Source of the DNA: Pseudobdellovibrionaceae bacterium
GTDB lineage: Bacteria; Bdellovibrionota; Bdellovibrionia; Bdellovibrionales; Bdellovibrionaceae
Assembly: GCA_039810425.1 (NCBI GenBank)
Contig: JBDHWW010000012.1
Location: forward strand, 1 to 64,000
DNA: 64,000 nucleotides
Direction of reading: 5' to 3'
Both the position numbers and the translations under genes were made by a program. The notes beneath the pieces were generated by a model. The model saw only the letters and a program-made list of their open reading frames with translations, was not told where the DNA came from and did not search any database. Of the stretch, positions 33,467 through 44,441 are shown piece after piece (the first letter of the stretch is position 1; each line of letters begins with the position of its first letter).

Positions 33467-36400
33467 ATGAATATCTCAGAAATTTCCATCAATCGGCCCG
33501 TCTTTGCCTGGATGCTTATGTTCGGGATGATCATCTTTGGGGCGATCTCTTTTAGCCGCATGGGGATCAGCCAGATGCCGGATATCAACTTTCCGGTGGT
33601 GAACATCTCGCTTCGTTTAGACAATGCGGCCCCCGAAATGATGGAGACCAATGTCGTTGATGTCATCGAAGATGCCGTTATGGGAATCGAAGGGCTGACG
33701 CGAGTCACCTCGAGTGTCAGCCAAGGGGTTGCCAACATCACTTGTGAGTTCAAGCTTGATCACGATATCGATGTCGCCCAGCAGGAAGTGCAAAACCGCA
33801 TCACCCAAGTTCAAAATCTTTTGCCTTCCGCTTTGTATCCTCCGGTGATTACTAAAACGAACCCTGAGGACCAGCCTATCTTGTGGGTGATGGTGACGGC
33901 CGATGACCAGATTCCCCTTTATCAAGAGATGATCTATGCCAGAAACGACCTCAAGGATCAGCTTTCGACTCTTGCTGGCGTCGGCAACATTGTTCTGCAA
34001 GGTTATGTTGATCCGAATCTTCGTGTCTGGCTGGATCCTAAGAAGCTGCGTGCCCAAGATCTGACTGCCAGTGACATCGTCAATGCCATTCAGAATGAGC
34101 AGATCGAGCAACCGGCTGGACGCCTTGAGGCCGCCGCCACTGAAACCAATATCCGTGTCCTCGGTGAAGCGGCCAGTCCCGAAGACTTCGGTAAGATTCG
34201 CATCAACACCCGCTCGGGTGCGCCTAATTATAAACCGCAAATCATTGCCGATGTCGCAAGAATTGAAGAGGGTCTTTCCGATATACGGGCGACCTCGCGC
34301 TTTGACGGCAAACGCACCGTGGGCCTTGGCATCGTCAAACAGCGTGGCGCCAATGCGGTGGCGGTTCAGAAACTGGTTCGCGACCGCGTGGAGCTGATGA
34401 GGAAAGGACTTCTACCTGGGTATCACCTCGATATCAATCTCGATACGACGACCTTCATCCGAGAGTCGGTCAACGAACTCAATACGACGCTGCTGCTTTC
34501 AGCTTTGCTGACATCAGTGGTTTGTTTTTTCTTTCTCGGCTCTTGGTCCTCGACAATCAATGTTCTTTTGGCGATTCCAACGTCGATTGTCGGCGCCTTT
34601 ATCTTTTTGTACTTCTTTGGTTTTACCCTGAATTCGTTTACGCTGCTGGGACTGAGTCTTGCGATCGGCATTGTCGTTGATGACGCCATCATGATGCTTG
34701 AGAACATCGTCCGTCATTTTGAAATGGGCAAAGACCGGCGCCAGGCCGCTTTAGATGGCTCAAAGGAAATCACCTTTGCCGCGATTGCCACAACGATTGC
34801 GATCGCGGCGATTTTCATTCCGGTGGTGTTCATGCAAGGTGTTGTCGGCCGGTTTTTCTACCAGTACGGCATCACCGCCACCGTGGCGGTTTTTTTGTCT
34901 TTGCTTGAAGCTTTGACACTAACACCCATGCGCTGCTCGCGCTTTTTGCATTCTTCTAAAATAGAAAAACCCGGTTGGATCACTCATCACATGGATCGCT
35001 TCATGAGCTGGCTTACGGCCATTTACCGCCACGCTCTTGAGTGGGCTCTGCGCCAGCGCGCGATTGTCGTGGGCGCCACTGTCCTCATCTTTAGCCTGTC
35101 GATGGGATCGCTTTATTTTCTAAAAAAAGAGCTCATTCCCCCGCAAGATCAGGCGTTGTTCTTGTTAAACCTGAAAACTCCGGTCGGCACCTCTCTTGAA
35201 GCCACGGACAAAGTCTTTCGGCAAGCCGAAGAGTATCTGAAAAAACAGTCCGAGGTTTCAGACAACTACGCCACCGTTGGCAACTACGAAAACAACAACG
35301 TCGTGAACGCCGGAACGATCTATGTCATCCTGAAAGACAAAAAACATCGCGACCTCAGCCAGCGCGAAATGATGGATAAGGTCCGTCAAGATCTCGGCCA
35401 AATCCTGCCACGGGATACAGAGATCTTTACTCAAGACTTGTCGCTGACGGGATTTAGCGCTTCCCGCGGGTACCCCATCGAGTTTGTGCTGGTCGGACCT
35501 GACTGGAATAAACTGGCATCGCTTTCAAAAGAGTTTGTCGAAAAATTCCGTGCGACCGGACTCATCGAGGACTTAAACTCGGACTTTCAGGAGGGAATGC
35601 CGACTGTTTGGCTGACTCCTGACAGAGATCGCGCCGCCACTCACGGCGTAAGCACTTCTGAGATCGGGCAAGAAATCAGCACGATGATCGGTGGTTACCT
35701 TTTCAGTGCCAACACTGAATATCCTAAGAGCGGTCATCGCTACAATATCCGTGTCCGTGCCGAACCGGACTACACGCAGAACGTGCAGGATTTTAATTAC
35801 GTTCTTTTGCGGAATAACCGCGCGAACTCGGAGCTTGTTCCGGTGCCGAACACGGTGGACATCACCCCTGTCGAGGGACCACAGCTGATCTCGCGGGTGA
35901 ATCGCTTTAGGGCCGTGCCGTTCTATGGGAATATCAAAGGCGATGAGTCCCAAAAAGACGTGCTTGAAGCCGCCATGAAAATCGCCAAAGACATACTACC
36001 GCCGGGCTACCATTTGGATATCACCGGGAACGCAGCCGCTTTTCAAGAGGCCTTCAGCAGTTTGATCTTTGCCCTTATTCTTGGCGTGATTGTCGCCTAT
36101 ATGGTTCTGGCCTCGCAGTTTAATAGCTTTATTCACCCTGTGACCGTCTTAATGGCGCTGCCTTTTAGTTTGTCGGGGGCCTTGCTCGCACTTTACATCA
36201 GTCATCAATCACTGAGTCTTTTTAGTATGATCGGGTTGGTTCTGCTGATGGGGATTGTAAAGAAGAACTCGATCCTGCTTGTGGACTTTACCAATCGGCA
36301 GCGCCACGAGGGACTTTCACCCCATGATGCTCTTCTGAAAGCCTGCCCGATCCGCCTGCGACCGATTCTCATGACCTCCGTGGCAACGGTCGCCGGCGCT

Positions 36401-36583
36401 TTGCCGGCCGCCCTGAACTTCGGGGCTGGTGCCGAAACCCGCGTGCCCATGGCGATCTCGGTCATTGGCGGCGTTTCCGTGTCGACGCTGCTGACTTTAT
36501 TTGTCGTGCCGTGCGTATACAGTTACTTTACCCGCCTGGAGCGTCCCGAGATAACCGAAGCTCCTGAAGGAGGCCACTCGTGA
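33467..36583 (+). CDS. RND efflux permease 2
   Basis: Same RND motifs; paralogue of permeases 1 and 3. Confidence 0.95.
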   Translation: MNISEISINRPVFAWMLMFGMIIFGAISFSRMGISQMPDINFPVVNISLRLDNAAPEMMETNVVDVIEDAVMGIEGLTRVTSSVSQGVANITCEFKLDHDIDVAQQEVQNRITQVQNLLPSALYPPVITKTNPEDQPILWVMVTADDQIPLYQEMIYARNDLKDQLSTLAGVGNIVLQGYVDPNLRVWLDPKKLRAQDLTASDIVNAIQNEQIEQPAGRLEAAATETNIRVLGEAASPEDFGKIRINTRSGAPNYKPQIIADVARIEEGLSDIRATSRFDGKRTVGLGIVKQRGANAVAVQKLVRDRVELMRKGLLPGYHLDINLDTTTFIRESVNELNTTLLLSALLTSVVCFFFLGSWSSTINVLLAIPTSIVGAFIFLYFFGFTLNSFTLLGLSLAIGIVVDDAIMMLENIVRHFEMGKDRRQAALDGSKEITFAAIATTIAIAAIFIPVVFMQGVVGRFFYQYGITATVAVFLSLLEALTLTPMRCSRFLHSSKIEKPGWITHHMDRFMSWLTAIYRHALEWALRQRAIVVGATVLIFSLSMGSLYFLKKELIPPQDQALFLLNLKTPVGTSLEATDKVFRQAEEYLKKQSEVSDNYATVGNYENNNVVNAGTIYVILKDKKHRDLSQREMMDKVRQDLGQILPRDTEIFTQDLSLTGFSASRGYPIEFVLVGPDWNKLASLSKEFVEKFRATGLIEDLNSDFQEGMPTVWLTPDRDRAATHGVSTSEIGQEISTMIGGYLFSANTEYPKSGHRYNIRVRAEPDYTQNVQDFNYVLLRNNRANSELVPVPNTVDITPVEGPQLISRVNRFRAVPFYGNIKGDESQKDVLEAAMKIAKDILPPGYHLDITGNAAAFQEAFSSLIFALILGVIVAYMVLASQFNSFIHPVTVLMALPFSLSGALLALYISHQSLSLFSMIGLVLLMGIVKKNSILLVDFTNRQRHEGLSPHDALLKACPIRLRPILMTSVATVAGALPAALNFGAGAETRVPMAISVIGGVSVSTLLTLFVVPCVYSYFTRLERPEITEAPEGGHS

Positions 36584-39500
36584 GCCTCTCAGAAATTTCC
36601 ATTCGACGGCCGGTTTTTGCCTGGATGTTGATGGCGGCCATCATTCTCTTCGGCGTTCTCTCATTTAAAAAGCTCGGCATCAGTCAGTTTCCTGACGTCA
36701 ACTTTCCGGTGGTCAGTGTTTCGCTCAGTTTAAATGGCGCGGCCCCCGAAGTGATGGAAAGCCAGGTGCTGGATCCGCTGGAAGACTCCATCATGCAAAT
36801 CGACGGCATTCGCAGCGTGACCTCAGCGGCCCAACAGAGCTCCGCTTCGATCGCCGTTGAGTTTGAGCTCAATCAAGATATCGATAAAGCGATGCAGGAT
36901 GTGGAAAATCACATCAATCAGGTTTTGAATCTTTTGCCGAAAGACCTGCAGCCGCCGCTGGTTCGTAAAACCAACCCCGAAGATCAACCAATTCTCTGGG
37001 TGGCCCTGACCAGCGACGATCCAAAAACCAAGCCGATTGATATGATGATCTATGCGCGGAACTATCTCTATGACCAGTTGGGGGTTTTACCGGGGGTTGG
37101 TGATATTGCTCTCGGCGGCTATGTGGCACCGGCGCTGCGGGTGTGGGTCAATAATAATAAACTTCGTAAATTCAATCTTACTTCAGATGATCTGATTCAA
37201 GCGATTGAAACTGAGCACATCGAAGTCCCCGTGGGCACGATTCAAGATTCGCAGGAAGAATACGGCATTCGCTTTTTGGGCGAAGCAAAGACGCCGCAAG
37301 AGTTCGGCGAAATCCGTATCCAGAACCGCGCGTCTCAAGGACCAAACTATCGCCCGACACCGCTGAAAGAGGTCGGTGAAATCGAAGAAGGTCTTGCCGA
37401 TGTTCGCAAAATTTCGCGCTTCAACGGGCTTCGCGCGATTGGGCTTGGCATTATTAAGCAACATGGAGCCAATGCCGTTGAGGTCGCTGACGCCGTGAAG
37501 GCAAAAGTAGCCGCTCTTCAATCAGAACTCCCGGCCCACTTTCAAGTTTCAGTCCGTTCAGACAATACCCGCTTTATCAAGCAGTCCGTGAATGAGCTGA
37601 TGTTCGCACTTTCCCTGTCCGCGATTCTGACGTCCATCGTCTGCTATCTGTTTTTAGGCTCATGGACTTCGACGATGAATATTCTTATGGCAATTCCGAC
37701 GTCTATTATCGGAGCCTTCACAGCTTTGTACTTTTTTGGTTTTACTCTGAATACATTTACCTTGCTAGGACTCAGCCTGGCGATCGGCATTGTGGTTGAT
37801 GATGCAATTATGATGCTTGAGAATATCGTCCGGCACCGCCAAATGGGCCAAGGAAAAATCACAGCCGCCATCAATGGCTCACGCGAAATCACCTTTGCTT
37901 CGCTGGCTGCGACTCTGGCGATTGCCGCGATTTTTTTGCCCGTGGTCTTTATGAAAGGAATTGTCGGGCGGTATTTTCTTCAGTACGGAATCACCGTGAC
38001 AGTCGCCGTGTTTTTATCACTGCTTGAAGCCCTGACCCTGACGCCGATGCGATGCTCAAGGTATCTGCGAGTCACCGATCACGAAACCGGCCTTGCGGGC
38101 TTTGTCGACAGGATCTTCCAACGGCTCGCTTCACTCTATGAAAAACTCTTACGCGTTCTTCTACACCACCGCTGGAAAACCGTGACGATCGCGACCTTGG
38201 TGTTTTTCGCAAGCATTCTGCTGGCAAAAATACTCCCGTGGGAAATGATGCCGGCCCAAGATCAATCGATGTTCCTCCTGCGCTTTAAACTCCCGGTAGG
38301 AACCGCTTTAGAAGTCACCAACGATAAAATCAAGCAGGTGGAAAGTTATCTTCTGAAATTCCCCGAAATCAACGGCGTGTATAGCGCCGTGGGCGGCTTC
38401 GGTGGCGACGCCGTCAATCAGGCGAATGCTTTTGCCACGATGGTGGATCAAAAAAAAAGACATGTTTCACAACAGCAGATGATCAACAGGGTTCGCCGTG
38501 ATCTTAAAAAGCTGTTCCCTGAAATGCAGACGATTGTGCAGGATTTGTCTTTGCGTGGTTTTGCTTCGACTCGTGGTTTTCCCGTGGAGTTTATTATTCA
38601 AGGACCCGACTGGAACCGGCTGACACAAATCACGAACGACTTGATGGAAAAAATCCGTGATTCCGGCAAAGCCACCGATGTGAACACCGATGTCCAAGGC
38701 GGTATGCCCGAATTGCAGATCACGCCCGACCGGCAAAAGCTCGCTGAACATGGCATCAGTGTGAACACGGTCACAAAAGTTCTGAACGCCCTTATCGGCG
38801 GCCAGGTATTCACCCGCACGGCCGAATACACCAAAGCCAATCATCGTTATGAAGTCGAACTGAGGCTCGTTGCGGATGAACGTACGAAAATGCCGGACCT
38901 CAACCTCATCGAACTTCGCAACAGCTTCGGCCAAACCGTGGCTCTTCCGAAGTTAGTCAAGCAAGATGTCCAACCGAGCCTGATGCTCATTTCGCGCCTC
39001 AACCGGGCTCGAGCTATTACGGTTTACGCAAACCCCACGCAAGGACATTCACAAGAAGAGGTGCTTAAATACATCGAGGACCTTGCCCGCAAAACTTTAC
39101 CTCCGGGATATACCATCAAGATGGTGGGAAGCTCGCAAAGTTTTCGTGAATCGTTTGTCAGTCTTGTCTACGCGATGATCCTCGGAATTATCGTCTCGTA
39201 CATGGTGCTTGCAAGTCAGTTCAACAGCTTTCTACATCCCTTCACGGTGTTGCTGGCCCTGCCATTTAGTATCTCGGGAGCCTTTTTAGGTCTTTTAGTT
39301 TTTCACCAGTCCATTAACATTTACAGCTTGATCGGCTTTATCCTGCTTATGGGGATTGTGAAGAAGAACTCGATTCTGCTTGTGGATTTTACCAATCAAG
39401 TCCGCCGTGAAGGAGCTTCGGTGAATGAGGCCCTGTTAAAGGCCTGCCCGATTCGTTTAAGACCCATCCTGATGACATCCATTGCGACCGTCGCCGCAGC

Positions 39501-39657
39501 CGTCCCCGAAGCCTTCGCTGTTGGGCCCGGATCTGAAACCACGATTCCGATGGCCGTGGCCATTATCGGCGGCGTTGTCGTTTCCACGACACTAACCCTG
39601 TTTGTGGTGCCTTGCTTTTACAGCCTCGCAAGCAGGCTCGAAAGACCACATAAATAA
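36580..39657 (+). CDS. RND efflux permease 3
   Basis: Same RND motifs; GTGA overlap with permease 2. Confidence 0.95.
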   Translation: MSLSEISIRRPVFAWMLMAAIILFGVLSFKKLGISQFPDVNFPVVSVSLSLNGAAPEVMESQVLDPLEDSIMQIDGIRSVTSAAQQSSASIAVEFELNQDIDKAMQDVENHINQVLNLLPKDLQPPLVRKTNPEDQPILWVALTSDDPKTKPIDMMIYARNYLYDQLGVLPGVGDIALGGYVAPALRVWVNNNKLRKFNLTSDDLIQAIETEHIEVPVGTIQDSQEEYGIRFLGEAKTPQEFGEIRIQNRASQGPNYRPTPLKEVGEIEEGLADVRKISRFNGLRAIGLGIIKQHGANAVEVADAVKAKVAALQSELPAHFQVSVRSDNTRFIKQSVNELMFALSLSAILTSIVCYLFLGSWTSTMNILMAIPTSIIGAFTALYFFGFTLNTFTLLGLSLAIGIVVDDAIMMLENIVRHRQMGQGKITAAINGSREITFASLAATLAIAAIFLPVVFMKGIVGRYFLQYGITVTVAVFLSLLEALTLTPMRCSRYLRVTDHETGLAGFVDRIFQRLASLYEKLLRVLLHHRWKTVTIATLVFFASILLAKILPWEMMPAQDQSMFLLRFKLPVGTALEVTNDKIKQVESYLLKFPEINGVYSAVGGFGGDAVNQANAFATMVDQKKRHVSQQQMINRVRRDLKKLFPEMQTIVQDLSLRGFASTRGFPVEFIIQGPDWNRLTQITNDLMEKIRDSGKATDVNTDVQGGMPELQITPDRQKLAEHGISVNTVTKVLNALIGGQVFTRTAEYTKANHRYEVELRLVADERTKMPDLNLIELRNSFGQTVALPKLVKQDVQPSLMLISRLNRARAITVYANPTQGHSQEEVLKYIEDLARKTLPPGYTIKMVGSSQSFRESFVSLVYAMILGIIVSYMVLASQFNSFLHPFTVLLALPFSISGAFLGLLVFHQSINIYSLIGFILLMGIVKKNSILLVDFTNQVRREGASVNEALLKACPIRLRPILMTSIATVAAAVPEAFAVGPGSETTIPMAVAIIGGVVVSTTLTLFVVPCFYSLASRLERPHK

Positions 39658-39705
39658 AAAACAGGATTTACCTCTTGGCTGTGCTTCCCACAAATTCCGC
39701 CGGCT

Positions 39706-42417
39706 CTAGTGCAACTTCTTGTTCATCAATGTCGCACGCGCCGCCGCCAACCGGGCAATCGGCACGCGGAACGGAGAGCAAGAAACGTAGTCCAAACCGA
39801 CAGAGTTGAAGAACTCGATAGAATCCGGATCACCACCGTGTTCACCACACACGCCCACCTTTAAATGAGGCTTTGAGCGGCGGCCCAACTCCGTGGCTGT
39901 GCGAACCAACGAACCCACGCCGACCTTATCGATCGTCACGAAGGGATCTTTTGCGAAGATGCCCGCGCTCACGTAAGAGCCCAAGAATCTGCCGGCATCG
40001 TCACGAGACAAGCCGAGCGCTGTTTGCGTCAGGTCATTCGTACCAAAGCTGAAGAAGTCGGCGTAGTCCGCAATAGCATCCGCCGTCACCGCCGCACGTG
40101 GAAGCTCGATCATTGTACCGACGAGGTAATCGAACTTAACACCTTTCTCTTTCATCACTTTTTCGACTTCTACCACGGTCAAACCGCGAAGCATTTCGAG
40201 TTCTTTGTCTGTTGCAATCAGTGGAATCATGATTTCCGGAACAAGCTTCTTACCAGCCTTCACCATTTCAGCCGCAGCTTCGGCAATCGCGCGCACCTGC
40301 ATTTGATAGATTTCCGGGTAAGTGATCGCCAAACGGCAGCCACGATGACCCAACATTGGATTGAACTCGTGCAAAGATTTCACTTTCGCGCGGAGTTTAT
40401 CAACGTCATAACCGATACGGCCCGCGAGCTCGATCATTTCTTTATCCGTGTGAGGCACGAACTCGTGCAATGGCGGATCCAGGAGACGGATGGTCACTGG
40501 CAAGCCATCCATGATTTTGAAAAGTTCCTGGAAGTCTGAACGCTGCATCGGCAAAAGTTTCACCAACGCTTTTTCCCGTTCCTGTTTGCTTTCAGCCAAG
40601 ATCATTTCACGAACCGAGTCGATGCGGTCCGCGCCGAAGAACATGTGCTCCGTGCGGCAAAGACCGATACCTTCAGCTCCGAAAGCCCGTGCTGTTTGCG
40701 CATCTTTCGGAGTGTCCGCGTTCGTGCGAACTTTCAAGCGACGGGTTTTATCAGCAATCTTCATGATGCGTTCAAAGTCTGCATCCAGCTTTGGCTCGAT
40801 TGTTTTTACTTCACCCAAGAACACTTCGCCCGTAGAACCATCCAAAGTGATCACTTCGCCCTTTTTCAGAACATAGCCTTTCACTTTCATGGTTTCAGAG
40901 TTGTAATCCACTTCGACTTCACCGCAACCCGCAACGCAGCACTTACCCATACCGCGAGCCACCACCGCCGCGTGTGATGTCATACCACCGCGAGTAGTAA
41001 AGATCCCTTGAGCGGCCACCATACCGGCGATATCCTCCGGAGAGGTCTCGATACGCACGAGGATGACTTTCTTACCTTGCTCTTTCCACTCGACGGCATC
41101 TTCCGGCGTAAACACGATTTGACCGTGAACACCGCCCGGGCTTGCCGGAAGACCTTTAGCCAAAATCGTTTTTTGCGCTTTCGGATCGAGTGTCGGGTGA
41201 AGCAACTGATCCAAAGAAGCGGGGTCCAAACGCAAAATGGCGTCTTCTTCGCTGATCAGTTTTTCATCAATCATGTCACAGGCAATTTTCAATGCCGCTT
41301 TCGCCGTACGTTTGCCATTACGGGTTTGCAACATCCAGAGTTTGTCCTTTTCGATCGTGAACTCAATGTCCTGCATATCACGGTAGTGTGATTCGAGTTT
41401 TTTGTAGATCGCGACCAGTTGGGCGTAAGCCTCCGGCATCGCCTCTTCGAGAGATTTCGCGCCCGACTTTGCCGCTGCCGCAATCGTGATGGGCTGCGGA
41501 GTGCGGATGCCGGCCACGACGTCTTCACCTTGGGCATTAATCAAAAATTCGCCGTAGAACGCCCTCTCGCCCGTGCTCGGATCGCGAGTGAATGCCACAC
41601 CCGTTGCGGAGTCATCGCCCATGTTGCCGAAAACCATCGACTGGATGTTGACAGCCGTGCCCCAAGCCGCCGGAATATCATGAAGTTCACGGTAAGTGAT
41701 CGCCCGCGGAGTATTCCAAGAGTGGAAAACGGCAGAGATCGAACCCCAGAGCTGCTCGTATGGATCCGCCGGGAATGTGCGACCCGTCATTTGGTGGACG
41801 AGGTCTTTGAATTTTTTAACCAGGCGCTTAAGGTCCTCTACTTGAAGTTCGGTGTCGAGTTTATAACCTTTTTCGTCTTTCAGGTCCTCGAGAGTCACCT
41901 CAAGCAATGAAGAGTTCATACCCATCACGACATCAGAGTACATCTGAATGAAACGACGGTAAGAGTCCCACGCAAAACGTGGATTGTTAGAAGATTTCGC
42001 CAGGCCCTCAACCGTTTGATCGTTCAGGCCGAGATTTAAAATTGTATCCATCATGCCCGGCATGGAAGCGCGCGCGCCCGAGCGAACTGAAACCAACAAT
42101 GGATTGGCAACGTCGCCGAATTTTTTGCCGATTTTAACTTCGACTTTTTTCATCGCTTCCAAAACTGCGGGACGAACCCACTCAGGAAGTTTTCCACCGG
42201 CTTCGTAGAAGTGGGCGCAGATTTCAGTTGAAATCGTGAAGCCCGGAGGAACGGGAATTCCCAATGAGGTCATCTCTGCGAGGTTCGCACCCTTGCCGCC
42301 AAGGATGTTCTTCATACCAGCGTTTCCTTCGGAATCGCCAGCCGCAAAAAAATAAACAAACTTTTGTGGAATGGCTGTTTTCATGCCAGAGCCAGTAGTT
42401 GTTGTTTGTGTGTGCAT
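39706..42417 (-). CDS. ppdK: Pyruvate, phosphate dikinase
   Basis: LGGKGANL, SVRSGARASMPGMMDT, GGMTSHAAV and GVCGEHGGDP. Confidence 0.97.
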   Translation of the reverse strand: MHTQTTTTGSGMKTAIPQKFVYFFAAGDSEGNAGMKNILGGKGANLAEMTSLGIPVPPGFTISTEICAHFYEAGGKLPEWVRPAVLEAMKKVEVKIGKKFGDVANPLLVSVRSGARASMPGMMDTILNLGLNDQTVEGLAKSSNNPRFAWDSYRRFIQMYSDVVMGMNSSLLEVTLEDLKDEKGYKLDTELQVEDLKRLVKKFKDLVHQMTGRTFPADPYEQLWGSISAVFHSWNTPRAITYRELHDIPAAWGTAVNIQSMVFGNMGDDSATGVAFTRDPSTGERAFYGEFLINAQGEDVVAGIRTPQPITIAAAAKSGAKSLEEAMPEAYAQLVAIYKKLESHYRDMQDIEFTIEKDKLWMLQTRNGKRTAKAALKIACDMIDEKLISEEDAILRLDPASLDQLLHPTLDPKAQKTILAKGLPASPGGVHGQIVFTPEDAVEWKEQGKKVILVRIETSPEDIAGMVAAQGIFTTRGGMTSHAAVVARGMGKCCVAGCGEVEVDYNSETMKVKGYVLKKGEVITLDGSTGEVFLGEVKTIEPKLDADFERIMKIADKTRRLKVRTNADTPKDAQTARAFGAEGIGLCRTEHMFFGADRIDSVREMILAESKQEREKALVKLLPMQRSDFQELFKIMDGLPVTIRLLDPPLHEFVPHTDKEMIELAGRIGYDVDKLRAKVKSLHEFNPMLGHRGCRLAITYPEIYQMQVRAIAEAAAEMVKAGKKLVPEIMIPLIATDKELEMLRGLTVVEVEKVMKEKGVKFDYLVGTMIELPRAAVTADAIADYADFFSFGTNDLTQTALGLSRDDAGRFLGSYVSAGIFAKDPFVTIDKVGVGSLVRTATELGRRSKPHLKVGVCGEHGGDPDSIEFFNSVGLDYVSCSPFRVPIARLAAARATLMNKKLH

Positions 42418-42601
42418 TTTTGTCTCCTGTTATGCGCCCCCCACAAGACCATAGGAGATGCTGCGACATCAAGGATTTTCGTGAACACTTCCGGCAATTT
42501 AGCGCCTTGTTCCCTAGAGCATTTGCTAAAATGCCTGCTTGAAGTCAAAAAAACTGCCAGCACAAAATTTCAAGGCAAGAATCTCAAACACAGAGCTTCT
42601 A

Positions 42602-43945
42602 TTAATTCGCGTAGAAGTTCTTAAGTCTCTTCATGATGTATTCGTTGAGACCTTCCATGGGAACGCGCTCTTGCAACATGGTATCGCGATGACGAACCGT
42701 CACGGCTTTGTCGTTCAAGGTATCAAAGTCGACCGTCACGCAGAACGGCGTCCCGATCTCATCCTGGCGACGATAGCGCTTACCGATAGAGGCCGCTTCA
42801 TCGTAGGTCACATCGAAGTCCGCGGCGAGCTGATCACGCAATTGATTTGCCGGCACGGCGAGCTCCTCTTTTTTGGAAAGCGGCAGCACTGCGACTTTCA
42901 TTGGTGCGATGTCTGGATGGAAACCCATTACCACACGAACGTCTTCACTGCCCTTTTCGTCAGACGTGATTTCTTCGCGGTATGCATCGCACATGAACGC
43001 CAAGATCAAACGGTCGCAACCAACCGCGGTCTCGATGACGTAGGGGATGTATTTTTCCTTGCTCACTTCATCGAAGTACTCCAATGACTTACCTGAGAAT
43101 TTTATGTGTTGTGACAGATCGAAATCGGAGCGATTGTGGATGCCTTCCAACTCACTAAAGCCCATTGGGAACTTGTACTCCACGTCGACCGCCGCCTTCG
43201 CGTAGTGAGCCAGCTTCTCGTGCGGCTTAAAGTTCAAATTTTCTTTTTTAATGCCGTACTTCAAATAAAACGCCATGCGTGTTTCTTTCCACTGATCAAA
43301 GAAACCTGAGTCCGTGCCTGGCTTCACGAAATATTGCATTTCCATTTGTTCGAACTCGCGCGTACGGAAAATAAAATTTCCCGGCGTGATTTCGTTACGG
43401 AATGACTTGCCAATCGCCGCAATACCAAACGGCACTTTGTAACGAGAGCTCTGTTGGCAGTTCAAGAAATTCACGAAGTGGCCTTGGGCGGTCTCGGGGC
43501 GGAGATAAATCACACTGCCGGAATCTTCCACCGGACCCATGTGCGTTTTAAACATCAAGTTGAAGCTGCGCTCTTCAGACAAGTTCTTGCTGCCGCAATT
43601 CGGGCATTTCTTTTCATTGATGTACGACTCTGTGTTGTCAGCACGGAAACGTGTCTTACACTCTTTGCAGTCGACCAAAGGATCCGAGAAGCCATCGACG
43701 TGCCCCGAGGCTTTCCACACCATGGGGTGCATCAGGATCGCGGCATCAAGACCGACAATGTCGTTTCTGCGGGTCATCGCATTCCACCAAACACGTTTTA
43801 CATTTTGCTTCAGAATTGAACCCAAAGGTCCATAGTCCCAGCACGAAGCCAAGCCTCCGTAGATCTCACTACTTGGAAATACAAAACCACGACGTTTGGA
43901 TAGTGAAACGAGAGTACTTAAGTCCTCGAGATGTTTGATTTTCAT
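42602..43945 (-). CDS. glyQS: Glycyl-tRNA synthetase, homodimeric (alpha2) type
   Basis: [26 protein letters not shown] and [12 protein letters not shown]. Confidence 0.95.
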   Translation of the reverse strand: MKIKHLEDLSTLVSLSKRRGFVFPSSEIYGGLASCWDYGPLGSILKQNVKRVWWNAMTRRNDIVGLDAAILMHPMVWKASGHVDGFSDPLVDCKECKTRFRADNTESYINEKKCPNCGSKNLSEERSFNLMFKTHMGPVEDSGSVIYLRPETAQGHFVNFLNCQQSSRYKVPFGIAAIGKSFRNEITPGNFIFRTREFEQMEMQYFVKPGTDSGFFDQWKETRMAFYLKYGIKKENLNFKPHEKLAHYAKAAVDVEYKFPMGFSELEGIHNRSDFDLSQHIKFSGKSLEYFDEVSKEKYIPYVIETAVGCDRLILAFMCDAYREEITSDEKGSEDVRVVMGFHPDIAPMKVAVLPLSKKEELAVPANQLRDQLAADFDVTYDEAASIGKRYRRQDEIGTPFCVTVDFDTLNDKAVTVRHRDTMLQERVPMEGLNEYIMKRLKNFYAN

Positions 43946-44072
43946 GAAATCCCCTATGGCGGAAAAAAAGCTCTCTCTTTGGGTAACATTGCCCCCTAGA
44001 CCAGTCAAGAAATCAGACTTGTGTGACGGGAGGGGTTCACGGAAAATAGAAGAAGTAATTCCAGGATGGAAA

Positions 44073-44441
44073 ATGAAGAATAACGCAACATATTACAAGT
44101 CTCTCGTCGTCTTCGGTGCGGCGATTTTCATCATCATGATGATTCTCTCTCCAAAGGGCTACACTGAATCCGCGAGCAAAATCAAAACCAGCGAAGACAA
44201 AATCCGCCAAGACATGATCGTGATCTCTCGGCAACTGGGGGTGACTTGTTCAGAGTGCCACAACATTCAGAATTTCACGTCGAACGAAAAGAAAAGTTTT
44301 AAGGTCGCTAAAGATCATATGCGCATCGTAGAAACCCTGCGCAGCAACGGCTTTGATGGCAAAAAAGGTCCCGAAGCCAGCTGCTACATGTGTCACCAGG
44401 GTGATCTTCGCCCGGACTATAAAGAAACTGCCGAGAAATAA
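44073..44441 (+). CDS. Small di-haem c-type cytochrome (resembles half of a reaction-centre cytochrome c subunit)
   Basis: CSECH and CYMCH motifs, each with an upstream Met; N-terminal TM or signal helix. Confidence 0.82.
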   Translation: MKNNATYYKSLVVFGAAIFIIMMILSPKGYTESASKIKTSEDKIRQDMIVISRQLGVTCSECHNIQNFTSNEKKSFKVAKDHMRIVETLRSNGFDGKKGPEASCYMCHQGDLRPDYKETAEK

